64,000 nucleotides of DNA from assembly GCF_017744835.1 (NCBI RefSeq), contig NZ_JAGIAM010000006.1, positions 148,383 through 212,382 on the forward strand, read 5' to 3'. The translations under genes were made by a program, and so were the position numbers. Shown here piece by piece: positions 9,802 through 18,650 of this stretch; position 1 is the stretch's first letter, and every line of letters starts with the position of its first letter. The notes below the pieces were generated by a model that did not search any database, was not told where the DNA came from, and saw only the letters and a list, made by a program, of their open reading frames with translations. The DNA is from Sphingomonas sp. (GTDB lineage: Bacteria; Pseudomonadota; Alphaproteobacteria; Sphingomonadales; Sphingomonadaceae).

Positions 9802-11370
9802 CTACCGCGCGCCGGCCGCAAGCGCGGCGGTGCCCGAAGCGGCTCCGATCTGCGCGATGAAGGCAGCATGTTCGGGCGTGTTGCGGACCGCCGTGGCGAC
9901 GTCGCGGCGAATCGCCGCAGCGTTCGCGACCAGCGCCTCCTCGGGCACGGCATCGACTCGCCGGTCGTAACCCCGCGGCTGCAGGTTCTGCCCGAGCATC
10001 ACCGCGATCCAGCTTGGCGGCAGGAACAGGCCGAACTCATATTTGATGATATGGCCTCGCGTGGTCCAGGCGGTGATCTTCTCCTGCAGGCTATCGGGCA
10101 ATTCCATGCTGCGGAAGTGCCGCCACATCTCGCTGTCGTCGCGCTGCGTCGCGACATAGTGCAGGAGCAGGAAGTCGCGCACCCGCTCGAAATGCAGGCT
10201 CATGCGGCGGTTGTACTCGTCGATGTCCGAGCGGCGGAAGCTCTTGTCGGGGAAGAGCGTGATCAGTTCGGTGATGCCGTCCTGGATGAGGTGGATCGAC
10301 GTCGATTCGAGCGGCTCGAGGAAGCCCGCCGAAAGGCCGATGGCCACGACGTTCTTGTTCCAGAAGGAACGGCGGCGGCCCGTCGTGAAGTAGAGCCTGC
10401 GGGGGTCGGCCAGCACGGGGCCTTCGAGATTGTCGAGCAGTTGTTGCTGGGCTTCGTCGTCGGAGATGAAGTCGCTGCAATAGACCTGACCGTTGCCGAC
10501 GCGGTGCTGCAGCGGGATGCGCCACTGCCAGCCCCCGGTCCGCGCGGTGGCGCGCGTGTAGGGCGTGAGCGGGCCGCGGGTCTCGCACGGCACCGCGACC
10601 GCGCGGTTGCAAGGGAGCCATTTGCTCCAGTCGTCATAGCCCGAGTGGAGCGCCTGTTCGATGAGCAGGCCGCGAAAGCCCGAGCAGTCGATGAACAGGT
10701 CGGCGCCCACGACTTCGCCCGAATCGAGCGTCACCGATTCGACGAAGCCCGTTTCGGAATCGAGCTTGCTGCCGATGATCTTTCCCTCGGTCCGGACGAC
10801 GCCATTGGCCTCCGAATAGCGCCGGAGGAAGCGCGCGTAGAGCGAGGCGTCGAACTGATAGGCGTAGCCGAAGGTCGATTCGATGCTGGTGAGGTCGGGG
10901 GAGGGGTGGCGGAAGCGATCGTTCTCGGCGGCGATGATCGGGAACGAATATTCGTCGAGCCGCGAGGTGTCGCCCAGCGTCTTCAGCCTCAGCCAGAACT
11001 GGTAGAAGGGGATCTCGTTCACGGTCGGGCCGAAGTCGCCGAACGGATGGATGTAGCGGTCGCCGATCCGCCCCCAGTCGCAGAACTCGATGCCCAGCTT
11101 GAAGGTCGCCTCGGTCGCCTTCATCAACTCCTGCTCACTGATGTTGAGCGTGTTGTTGAATGCCCGAATATGCGGCAACGTCGCCTCACCGACACCGACG
11201 GTCCCGATTTCTTCGGACTCGATAAGCCGAATTGAGATCGGCAACCCCTTGAGTTTGTTGGATAGTGCCGCGGCGGTCATCCAGCCCGCCGTTCCGCCTC
11301 CGATCACCGTAACGCGGCTGATAGCGACACCGCGGTTTCCGTCCTCGCCGCGCAGCGCCTCCTTTACCAC
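9802..11370 (-). CDS. Flavin-dependent tryptophan-halogenase-family protein (intact motifs), first gene of operon
   Basis: GGGTAG, GEATLP, ATFKLGIEF, GWQWRIP, GFLEPLESTS. GTG 11370 follows a GGGAGAGGGG RBS. Confidence 0.92.
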   Translation of the reverse strand: MVKEALRGEDGNRGVAISRVTVIGGGTAGWMTAAALSNKLKGLPISIRLIESEEIGTVGVGEATLPHIRAFNNTLNISEQELMKATEATFKLGIEFCDWGRIGDRYIHPFGDFGPTVNEIPFYQFWLRLKTLGDTSRLDEYSFPIIAAENDRFRHPSPDLTSIESTFGYAYQFDASLYARFLRRYSEANGVVRTEGKIIGSKLDSETGFVESVTLDSGEVVGADLFIDCSGFRGLLIEQALHSGYDDWSKWLPCNRAVAVPCETRGPLTPYTRATARTGGWQWRIPLQHRVGNGQVYCSDFISDDEAQQQLLDNLEGPVLADPRRLYFTTGRRRSFWNKNVVAIGLSAGFLEPLESTSIHLIQDGITELITLFPDKSFRRSDIDEYNRRMSLHFERVRDFLLLHYVATQRDDSEMWRHFRSMELPDSLQEKITAWTTRGHIIKYEFGLFLPPSWIAVMLGQNLQPRGYDRRVDAVPEEALVANAAAIRRDVATAVRNTPEHAAFIAQIGAASGTAALAAGAR

Positions 11371-11479
11371 ATCGCCCCCTCTCCCGTTTCGCGCTGCGCC
11401 AGGCGCACGCGCCGTGTTTTGCTCGACTTTATTTGTCAGAGAAAACAGGCTCCAACAAGGTTGGGAATGTAATGAACCG

Positions 11480-11518
11480 GCAATGTTGCACTGCAAATCA
11501 GCAATGTTGCGCTGCAAA
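11480..11518. repeat. Tandem 18-bp direct repeat GCAATGTTGC(A/G)CTGCAAA, 21-bp period
   Basis: Copies at 11480-11497 and 11501-11518 match 17/18, in the divergent halogenase/TBDR intergenic region. Confidence 0.8.
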
Positions 11519-11597
11519 ACCGAGGGTCGGAGAGCGCATTTGATCAGTTCGTCGCTTGTTTGCCTCGGCGTACCGCAATCTGCTCGCAGATGGCCAC

Positions 11598-11626
11598 TTG
11601 CTAGCAGCTGATTTTCCAAATACCAT
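11598..11626 (+). promoter_or_regulatory. Putative sigma70 promoter of TBDR
   Basis: TTGCTA-N17-TACCAT, upstream of the LacI-type site and the RBS. Confidence 0.4.
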
Positions 11627-11653
11627 TTGTCGGAGAAAAGAGCTGCCAAAATA

Positions 11654-11667
11654 TGGTAGCGGTAACA
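11654..11667. promoter_or_regulatory. LacI-family (XylR-like) operator TGGTAGCGGTAACA
   Basis: 14-bp imperfect palindrome with central CG, 14 nt before the TBDR start. Related sites at 29774, 41326 and 58939. Confidence 0.7.
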
Positions 11668-11681
11668 TGGGAGGATGGGGC

Positions 11682-14600
11682 GTGATCAAATCAGCGTTTG
11701 CGGATGTTTCAGTGTACGCTCGGGGGGCAAGGTGGCTGCGGGGGTCGCTGAAAAGTGGTGCCTCCATTCTCGCCGTTGGCAGCCTTTTGGCCGCAGCCGC
11801 GGCCCATGCTCAGGACGAACCGGCGCCCACCGAGGCGGGGGCCGATGAAGCAGCCCAGACCAAGACCGACGACACCATTGTCGTCAGCGGTATCCGCGGA
11901 GCGCTCGAGTCCGCCGCGCAGATCAAGCGTAACGCGAGCACGTTCGTCGATTCGATCACGGCATCCGACATCGCGACCCTGCCGGACTTGTCGGTGGCGG
12001 AGGCCCTGGGGCGCATTCCCGGCCTGACTGTCTCGCGCTTTCCGGCAGGCGGTGGGGCAAGTCCCGACTTCCCGTCGCCGGAAGGGCGCGGAAACCTCAT
12101 TCGCGGCCTCGGTTTTGTCCGCTCCGAGTTCAACGGCCGTGACGCGTTCACCGCTAATGGCGGCCGCGCACTTGATTGGTCGAGCATCCCGCCAGAGCTT
12201 GTCGGTGCCGTCGACGTGTACAAGAACCAGTCGGCCGACCTGATCGAAGGCGGCATCGGCGGCACGATCAACCTGCGGACGCTCGAACCGTTCGATCGCC
12301 GTGGCCCGATTGTCGCCGTGGCGGTGGACGGAACCTATTCGGACCTGCGCAAGAAATGGTCTCCGTCGGGTAGCATTACGCTCGGCAACCGCTGGCGTGT
12401 CGGAAACAGCGAATTCGGCCTGCTCGGTTCCTATTCGCGCTCGATCCTCGATTCGCGGATTCACGGCTGGCAGCAGAACTCGCCCGTGCCGAAGGTGATC
12501 GACGCGAACGGCAACATCCCTCAGAACGGCGCGTTCAACGACGGCGGCAGGCTGAACGAATTCGCCGGCGTCGACCCCAGCCAGATCGTCGGCATGGCTG
12601 GCGGTTTCCAGATGCGCACCAACGATGTCGACCGCGATCGCGAGAGCTTTTACGGGGCGGCGCAGTGGAAGAACGACAGCCTGCAGGCGACGTTCAAATA
12701 TGTCCGCGTCGAAACGAAGGTGGACAGCACCGAGCGCACCCTGGAGTGGTGGCCGGAGCACGACGCGACCTGGTCCGTCACCGACATGAAGCTCGATCCC
12801 AGCTGGGGCACGGCGGGGACGCCGATGTGCAGCGGAAGCGACGGCTTCCCGGCCAACCCCGGCGACTGCGAGACGCTCATCCCGATTCGCGGCGGCCTGA
12901 TGGAATCGGGCCTGGTGAACAGCAACAACGACGGCTGGATCGGCGCACAGGGCATCCCGATCGGCTCGCTTGGCATCGGCAAGAAAGAGGAGACGACCAC
13001 TCAGGACTTCAGCCTGAACCTGAAGTGGAACGCCAGCTCGCGCCTCTATGTCGAGCTCGATGGCCAGTACACCAAGTCCAGCGCGCGGTTCAGAGAGCTT
13101 TGGGCCGGTATGAACACCTGGCTCAGCTGGAACGTCAACCAGGACCTCGACAATCCGACAATCGAGTTCTTCACGCCGACCCAGGCGTTCAGCCCCGGCA
13201 GCACGCGCTATGGCGGAGACCTCGTCGATGATCCCGCCACTACCGGCGTCAACGAAGCGCGCTTCATTCCGACGCCGGCGAACGCGGGCGACCTCAACGG
13301 CGCCAATTTCCAGTACGCGTCGGACGGCTTCCAGCTCGGCACGGGCGAGCTCTACGCGCTTCGCGCCGACCTAGCCTATGATCTGTCGGGCGGCGACGGC
13401 CTTGCCAGTTGGTTCCACGGGGTGAAGTTCGGCGTCCGCTATTCCGAGCGGAGCCAGGTGAACTCCGAAAGAATGGGCAACTGGGGTTCGATTGCGCCGG
13501 CATGGGACGGGCGCGGCGGTCTGGGCATCGTCGGGACGTTCCAGGATCCGTCCGCCTTCGAGGCGGTCAACTTCTCGGACTTCTTCCGTGGCGGTGTGGT
13601 CCAGGGCGCGAACAACTCCTTCGTGTTCATGAAGGACGACTATCTGTCCGACTACAGCAAGTTCATCGACTATCTCCACAACGAGCCGCAGCTGGGAACC
13701 AACTATGGCTGGACTCCGCACGGCACGGCGGACGGCACGCAGTGGGGTAGCCCGATCTTCCTGCCGGAGAACACATCCGACATCACCGAGAAGACCAAGA
13801 ACGCCTATGTCCGCGTCGACTTCAAGCAGGAGTTCGGCAATGGCATGTCGATCGATGGGAACATCGGCCTCCGCTATGTGAAGACCAACCTGACTTCGGC
13901 CGGCTATCGCTCCTATCGTGTCTGGAACGCGGACGTGCAGACGGCTCCGATCACGAACGGCGTGCGGACGCGGACGGACGATGCGGAGGCCCACGACGAT
14001 CCGCGTGATTTCCTGCCCCAGTCGGCGGCCTATTCCGAACAGGCAGCGGTTCCGATCTCCTATGATCTGGAAGACGAGCAGTGGCTGCCGTCGTTCAACA
14101 TGAAGTGGAATTTGAATCGCGAGATGCTGATCCGCGTCGGCGCCAGCAAGGGGCTGAGCCGCCCGAACGTTCAGGATTTGCGCGCTTCGCAGGAATATGT
14201 GGTCACTACGAACCGGACCAATTACCCGACGATCGTGGACACGACCGATCCGTTGTACGGTATCGATCGCGGCGCCCAGAACATCACCATCGGCGATATC
14301 AGGGTCAATCGCGGCAACCCGTTCCTGAAACCGACGACGGCGTGGAACTACGACCTCTCGTACGAGTGGTATTTCAAGGGCGGCTACCTGTCGGTCGCTG
14401 GCTTCTACAAGAGCATCAAGAACATCATCTCGACCGGCGACATGGTCCTCGGCAGCGAGACTCTCGACGGCAAGACGGTGCAGGTGATCTACAATGGTCA
14501 GGTGAACCAGGCGTCGGCGAAGGTGAAGGGCATCGAGCTTGCGTATCAGCAATTCTTCGATTTCCTGCCGGGTCCGCTCAAACATCTCGGCGTCCAGGCC

Positions 14601-15047
14601 AACTATACCTTTATCGATGCAACCACCACGCCGCCGGGCAACGGTGTCGATGCGGACGGCGACGGCAATCCGGACGATGTCACCACCGTGTTCCGATGGG
14701 GTGTCGACGATATGCTAGGCCAGTCCAAGCACATCGCCAACGCGGTTGGCATCTATCAGGACGACAGGCTCGAGATGCGTCTCGCATACAACTGGCGGTC
14801 CAAATATCTGACGACCTATCGCGACTGGGTCACCGGCCATCCGGTGTACAACTCGGCTGCGGGCTTCCTCGACGCGTCAATCAAGTACAAGGTGTTCGAC
14901 CAGGTTCAGGTGCGCGCATCGATCGCGAACATCCTCGACACGAAGAGCAAGGCCAGGACGATGATCGACGAGCAAGGCCAGATGTACGATCGCTTCAGCT
15001 TCCTGAACGATCGCCGCATCGTGGTCGGCGTGTTGTTCCAGATGTAA
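11682..15047 (+). CDS. TonB-dependent receptor (glycan-associated type)
   Basis: Signal peptide ending AAHA-Q, TonB box DTIVVSGIR, plug DSITASDIATLPDLSVAEALGRIPG, LVGAVDVYKNQSADLIEGGIGGTINLRT, barrel LSRP/GNPFLKP, C-terminal LFQM. GTG 11682 follows GGGAGG. Confidence 0.95.
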   Translation: MIKSAFADVSVYARGARWLRGSLKSGASILAVGSLLAAAAAHAQDEPAPTEAGADEAAQTKTDDTIVVSGIRGALESAAQIKRNASTFVDSITASDIATLPDLSVAEALGRIPGLTVSRFPAGGGASPDFPSPEGRGNLIRGLGFVRSEFNGRDAFTANGGRALDWSSIPPELVGAVDVYKNQSADLIEGGIGGTINLRTLEPFDRRGPIVAVAVDGTYSDLRKKWSPSGSITLGNRWRVGNSEFGLLGSYSRSILDSRIHGWQQNSPVPKVIDANGNIPQNGAFNDGGRLNEFAGVDPSQIVGMAGGFQMRTNDVDRDRESFYGAAQWKNDSLQATFKYVRVETKVDSTERTLEWWPEHDATWSVTDMKLDPSWGTAGTPMCSGSDGFPANPGDCETLIPIRGGLMESGLVNSNNDGWIGAQGIPIGSLGIGKKEETTTQDFSLNLKWNASSRLYVELDGQYTKSSARFRELWAGMNTWLSWNVNQDLDNPTIEFFTPTQAFSPGSTRYGGDLVDDPATTGVNEARFIPTPANAGDLNGANFQYASDGFQLGTGELYALRADLAYDLSGGDGLASWFHGVKFGVRYSERSQVNSERMGNWGSIAPAWDGRGGLGIVGTFQDPSAFEAVNFSDFFRGGVVQGANNSFVFMKDDYLSDYSKFIDYLHNEPQLGTNYGWTPHGTADGTQWGSPIFLPENTSDITEKTKNAYVRVDFKQEFGNGMSIDGNIGLRYVKTNLTSAGYRSYRVWNADVQTAPITNGVRTRTDDAEAHDDPRDFLPQSAAYSEQAAVPISYDLEDEQWLPSFNMKWNLNREMLIRVGASKGLSRPNVQDLRASQEYVVTTNRTNYPTIVDTTDPLYGIDRGAQNITIGDIRVNRGNPFLKPTTAWNYDLSYEWYFKGGYLSVAGFYKSIKNIISTGDMVLGSETLDGKTVQVIYNGQVNQASAKVKGIELAYQQFFDFLPGPLKHLGVQANYTFIDATTTPPGNGVDADGDGNPDDVTTVFRWGVDDMLGQSKHIANAVGIYQDDRLEMRLAYNWRSKYLTTYRDWVTGHPVYNSAAGFLDASIKYKVFDQVQVRASIANILDTKSKARTMIDEQGQMYDRFSFLNDRRIVVGVLFQM

Positions 15048-15065
15048 CCTGGGCGTGTAATCAAA

Positions 15066-15089
15066 CGGGGGAGCTTTCGGGCTCCCCCG
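15066..15089 (+). terminator. GC-rich hairpin after TBDR (terminator or mRNA-stabilising stem)
   Basis: CGGGGGAGC-TTTCGG-GCTCCCCCG, no strong U-tract. Confidence 0.55.
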
Positions 15090-15154
15090 ATCGGTGCCCT
15101 GTCCTGAACGCGCCGACCGGAATTCCTCCGGGCGGAAATCAGAAGGTGCAAGCG

Positions 15155-15775
15155 ATGAGGAAGTTTCTTCCGATTGCGGCGACGGCGATGCTGGCCGCCT
15201 GCACGACCACCATGCCGACGTATCAGGCCGCCCGTGCCCCGAATGGCGCTGGCTACTTCTCCGAACCTGTCGATGGCGGCCGCCATGCCGTCAGTTACAC
15301 GGGCAGCAAGGAAATGTCGGCGGCGCAGGTGGCCGAGTTCGCCATGCTGCGCGCGGCTGAAATTACGATTGCCGCGGGCCAGGAATGGTTTGCAGTGCTC
15401 AGTACCGTATCCCGAAAGGTCCAGGCCGGGGATATCAACAACATCGAGGGGCGGTCCGGTTCGGTTCTTTCGACCGGGTCGATCGGAACCGGCGCAGGTG
15501 GCGGCGCGAGCAAAGCGGGTGCCGCTCCCGGCGTCAGCGACGGCTCCGTTCCCACCGGGCCGAGCACGGGCGGCTTCGGCGGTGGGGACGTTCCCTATCA
15601 GGTCCTCGAGCGCTGGGCCCCTCCGCCCGTCTACCAGACAATGCTGGTGATCCAGATGGGTTCCGGAAAACATGTCGCCTTCGAGGGGCTAGAGAAAACT
15701 CCGGAGATCTATTCCGCCCAAGCGGTGATGGACCAGATCCGCGCCAAGACGGCACGAACATCGCCGCCGAGGTGA
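15155..15775 (+). CDS. Lipoprotein, probably CC0125/CC1285 family, with Gly/Ser-rich insertion
   Basis: MRKFLPIAATAMLAAC lipobox; GYFSEPVDGGRHAVSYTG...ALLR-like AMLRAAEITIAAGQEWF pattern. Confidence 0.7.
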   Translation: MRKFLPIAATAMLAACTTTMPTYQAARAPNGAGYFSEPVDGGRHAVSYTGSKEMSAAQVAEFAMLRAAEITIAAGQEWFAVLSTVSRKVQAGDINNIEGRSGSVLSTGSIGTGAGGGASKAGAAPGVSDGSVPTGPSTGGFGGGDVPYQVLERWAPPPVYQTMLVIQMGSGKHVAFEGLEKTPEIYSAQAVMDQIRAKTARTSPPR

Positions 15776-15835
15776 TGTGCACGCGTGGCCGCCTCGGGGC
15801 GCGGCGTTCGACATCCAGTTCCAGAACTCCCCTCA

Positions 15836-15870
15836 ACTGGGGATGTCCTTCGGCATCCCCAGTCTTTTTT
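15836..15870 (+). terminator. Intrinsic terminator
   Basis: ACTGGGGATG-8 nt loop-CATCCCCAGT followed by CTTTTTT. Confidence 0.7.
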
Positions 15871-15934
15871 TCGAGGCGGGAACAAGGCAAGGCCGGCGGA
15901 AAACATCGCCACAGCAACTCACGAAAGGTACGGA

Positions 15935-18613
15935 ATGACCAGAACCGCGGCATCGTTCGGCGCGCTCCTGCTCGCGGGTGCGGCCTGCATCTCGCTTCCT
16001 GCCGCCGCCCAGACGGAGACCGCGACCGCCGCCCAGAGCCGCGCTGAGAAGCTGGCAATCGATCTCGTCGGCCGGATGACGCCGGACGAAAAGATCGACC
16101 AGTTGCTCAACACCGCGCCGGCGATCCCGCGGCTCGGCATACCGGCCTATAACTGGTGGACCGAATCGCTGCACGGCGCACTCGGTTCGCTGCCCACGAC
16201 CAATTTCCCCGAGCCGATCGGGCTCGCCGCGACGTTCGACGCGCCGCTCGTCAAGGACGTCGCCGGGGCGATCAGCAGCGAGGTCCGCGGTCTCCACGCG
16301 CTGGCGCGACAGACCGGGCGAATGGGCCGGATCGGTACCGGGCTCGATACTTGGTCGCCCAACATCAACATCTTCCGCGACCCGCGCTGGGGCCGCGGGC
16401 AGGAGACCTATGGCGAGGATCCGTTCCTCACCGCGCGCATGGGCGTGGCCTTCGTGACCGGCATGCAGGGCCCCAACCCGGACCTGCCCGCCGTGATCGC
16501 GACGCCCAAGCATTTCGCCGTTCACAGCGGACCGGAATCGACGCGCCACAGCGCCAACGTCTTCGTCTCGAGGCATGACCTCGAAGACACCTATCTCCCG
16601 GCGTTCCGCGCCGCGATCGTCGAGGGCAAGGCCGGCTCGGTGATGTGCGCCTACAACCGGATCGACGGCCAGCCCGCCTGCGCCAGCGACGAACTGCTCA
16701 AGGAGCATCTGCGCGGCGCCTGGGGCTTCACCGGCTATGTCGTCTCCGACTGCGACGCCGTGAAGGACATCAGCGACAACCATCACTATGCTCCCGATCC
16801 CGCGGCAGCGGTCGCAGCGGCACTGCGCGCCGGCGTTGACAATGAATGCCACACCGCCACCCTCTCGGACACCGCCGGGCTGGGGGACCGCTATCGCGAG
16901 GCGCTTAAGCGTGGCCTGATCAGCGAGGGCGACATCGACCAGGCGCTCGTCCGGCTCTTCGCCGCGCGGTACCGCAACGGCGACCTGAGCGGCGTCCGCA
17001 AGCCCGAGGGCAACCCGGCCGCGGTCGGCGCGCCGGAACATGGCGCGCTGGCGCTGGGCGCCGCAGAGAAAAGCCTCGTCCTGCTGCGCAACGACGGAAT
17101 CCTGCCGCTGCGGCAGGGACTTCGCATCGCCGTCGTAGGGCCGCTCGGCGACGCCACGCGCGTGCTGCGCGGCAACTATTCCTCGCCGCTGTCCGCGCCG
17201 CCGATCTCGGTGGTCGAGGGGCTGCGGCGCGCCATGCCGGGCACGCAGATCGAATATGTCCCGTTCGGCGAGACCTTCACCGACGGCGATCCGGTGCCCA
17301 CCGCGGCACTGCGCGCGCCGGACGGCCGGCCCGGCCTGCTTGCGCGCTACTACAATGTGCTCGGCACGCCTCCAGCGCGCTTCGCGCCTGGCGCCTTCGT
17401 GGAATATGTGCGGAGTGCACGCTTCGCAGACACGCCCGTCGCGACCAGGGTCGAGACCGGCGTGGATGGCCGCAGCCTGGACCTCGCCCAGGTCTCGGAT
17501 CACCACCGGGTGGTGTGGACCGGCTTCCTCGTCCCGCCCGAGACCGGCAGCTATCGCCTGGGCCTTTCGGGCTTCATGAGCGGGGTGCTCAAGTTCCAGG
17601 GTCAGCCGTTCGTCGACCTCAAGGATGCGCCCTGGGGCAGCCTGCCGACGATGAAGACGGTGCGGCTCGAAAAGGGGCGGCGCTATCCGATCGAAATCAC
17701 CGGCGACGCGCATACCGGCACCACAGGCGTGGGGCTGGTGTGGAAGCGCGTCTCGACTGCCCCCGAACGTGACCTCAAGGCCGCGGCTGCGAAGGCGGAC
17801 GTGCTCGTGGCGGTGGTCGGTCTGACCTCGGACCTCGAGGCGGAGGAGTCGCCCGTCCAGATCCCCGGCTTCAAGGGCGGCGACAAGACCACGCTCGACA
17901 TTCCGCCCGACCAGCAGGCGCTCCTCGAACAGGCCAAGGCGACGGGCAAGCCGATCGTGCTGGTCGCGATGAACGGCAGCCCGATCAACCTCGCCTGGGC
18001 AAAGGACAATGCGTCGGCGATCGTCGAAGCCTGGTATCCGGGCCAGTCGGGTGGTCTGGCGATCGCGAACGTCCTGTCGGGGAAGACGAATCCTTCGGGC
18101 CGCCTTCCGCTCACTTTTTACCGCAGCGTGGACCAGCTACCGCCCTTCGGCGACTATTCGATGGCGGGCCGCACCTATCGCTATTTCGATGGCACGCCGG
18201 TCTATCCGTTCGGCTATGGCCTCAGCTACACGCGTTTCGCCTATGCGCCGCTCGAGGTGACGCCCGCGGCCGGCGGAGCCGCCAAGGGCATCCGCGTCAC
18301 GAGCACGGTGCGCAACACGGGCAACCGGGCAGGCGACGAAATCGCGCAGCTCTATCTGGACTTCCCCGAGGATCCAGGCGCCCCGCGCATCGCGCTACGC
18401 GGCTTCCAGCGCGTGACGCTGAAGCCGGGCGAGGCACGCGCGATTCGCTTCGATCTTTCCCCGCGCGACCTAAGCGCCGTTAGCGCCGACGGAGTACGCA
18501 AGGTGCTCGCGGGGGCGTATCGGGTGACGGTCGGCTCCGGCCAGCCGGGGACCGGAGTTCCCGGCGAAAGCGCCGGATTCACCGTTCGGGAGCCCGCGAC
18601 ACTCCCGAAATAG
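15935..18613 (+). CDS. GH3 beta-xylosidase/glucosidase with PA14 insertion and Fn3-like domain
   Basis: WWTESLHG, WSPNINIFRDPRWGRGQETYGEDP, TPKHFAVH, SVMCAYN, YVVSDC; PA14-like RVVWTGFLVPPETGSY; signal peptide. Confidence 0.92.
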   Translation: MTRTAASFGALLLAGAACISLPAAAQTETATAAQSRAEKLAIDLVGRMTPDEKIDQLLNTAPAIPRLGIPAYNWWTESLHGALGSLPTTNFPEPIGLAATFDAPLVKDVAGAISSEVRGLHALARQTGRMGRIGTGLDTWSPNINIFRDPRWGRGQETYGEDPFLTARMGVAFVTGMQGPNPDLPAVIATPKHFAVHSGPESTRHSANVFVSRHDLEDTYLPAFRAAIVEGKAGSVMCAYNRIDGQPACASDELLKEHLRGAWGFTGYVVSDCDAVKDISDNHHYAPDPAAAVAAALRAGVDNECHTATLSDTAGLGDRYREALKRGLISEGDIDQALVRLFAARYRNGDLSGVRKPEGNPAAVGAPEHGALALGAAEKSLVLLRNDGILPLRQGLRIAVVGPLGDATRVLRGNYSSPLSAPPISVVEGLRRAMPGTQIEYVPFGETFTDGDPVPTAALRAPDGRPGLLARYYNVLGTPPARFAPGAFVEYVRSARFADTPVATRVETGVDGRSLDLAQVSDHHRVVWTGFLVPPETGSYRLGLSGFMSGVLKFQGQPFVDLKDAPWGSLPTMKTVRLEKGRRYPIEITGDAHTGTTGVGLVWKRVSTAPERDLKAAAAKADVLVAVVGLTSDLEAEESPVQIPGFKGGDKTTLDIPPDQQALLEQAKATGKPIVLVAMNGSPINLAWAKDNASAIVEAWYPGQSGGLAIANVLSGKTNPSGRLPLTFYRSVDQLPPFGDYSMAGRTYRYFDGTPVYPFGYGLSYTRFAYAPLEVTPAAGGAAKGIRVTSTVRNTGNRAGDEIAQLYLDFPEDPGAPRIALRGFQRVTLKPGEARAIRFDLSPRDLSAVSADGVRKVLAGAYRVTVGSGQPGTGVPGESAGFTVREPATLPK

Positions 18614-18650
18614 AGGCGATCGGCGCGTCGGCCGATCGCCTGCGGGTCAG

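Noticed and set aside
5255-11370. Pyrrolnitrin, rebeccamycin or RiPP-type biosynthetic cluster
   Set aside because: No prnB/C/D, NRPS/PKS, flavin reductase, exporter or recognisable precursor peptide; the enzymes lack the free-Trp binding lid.
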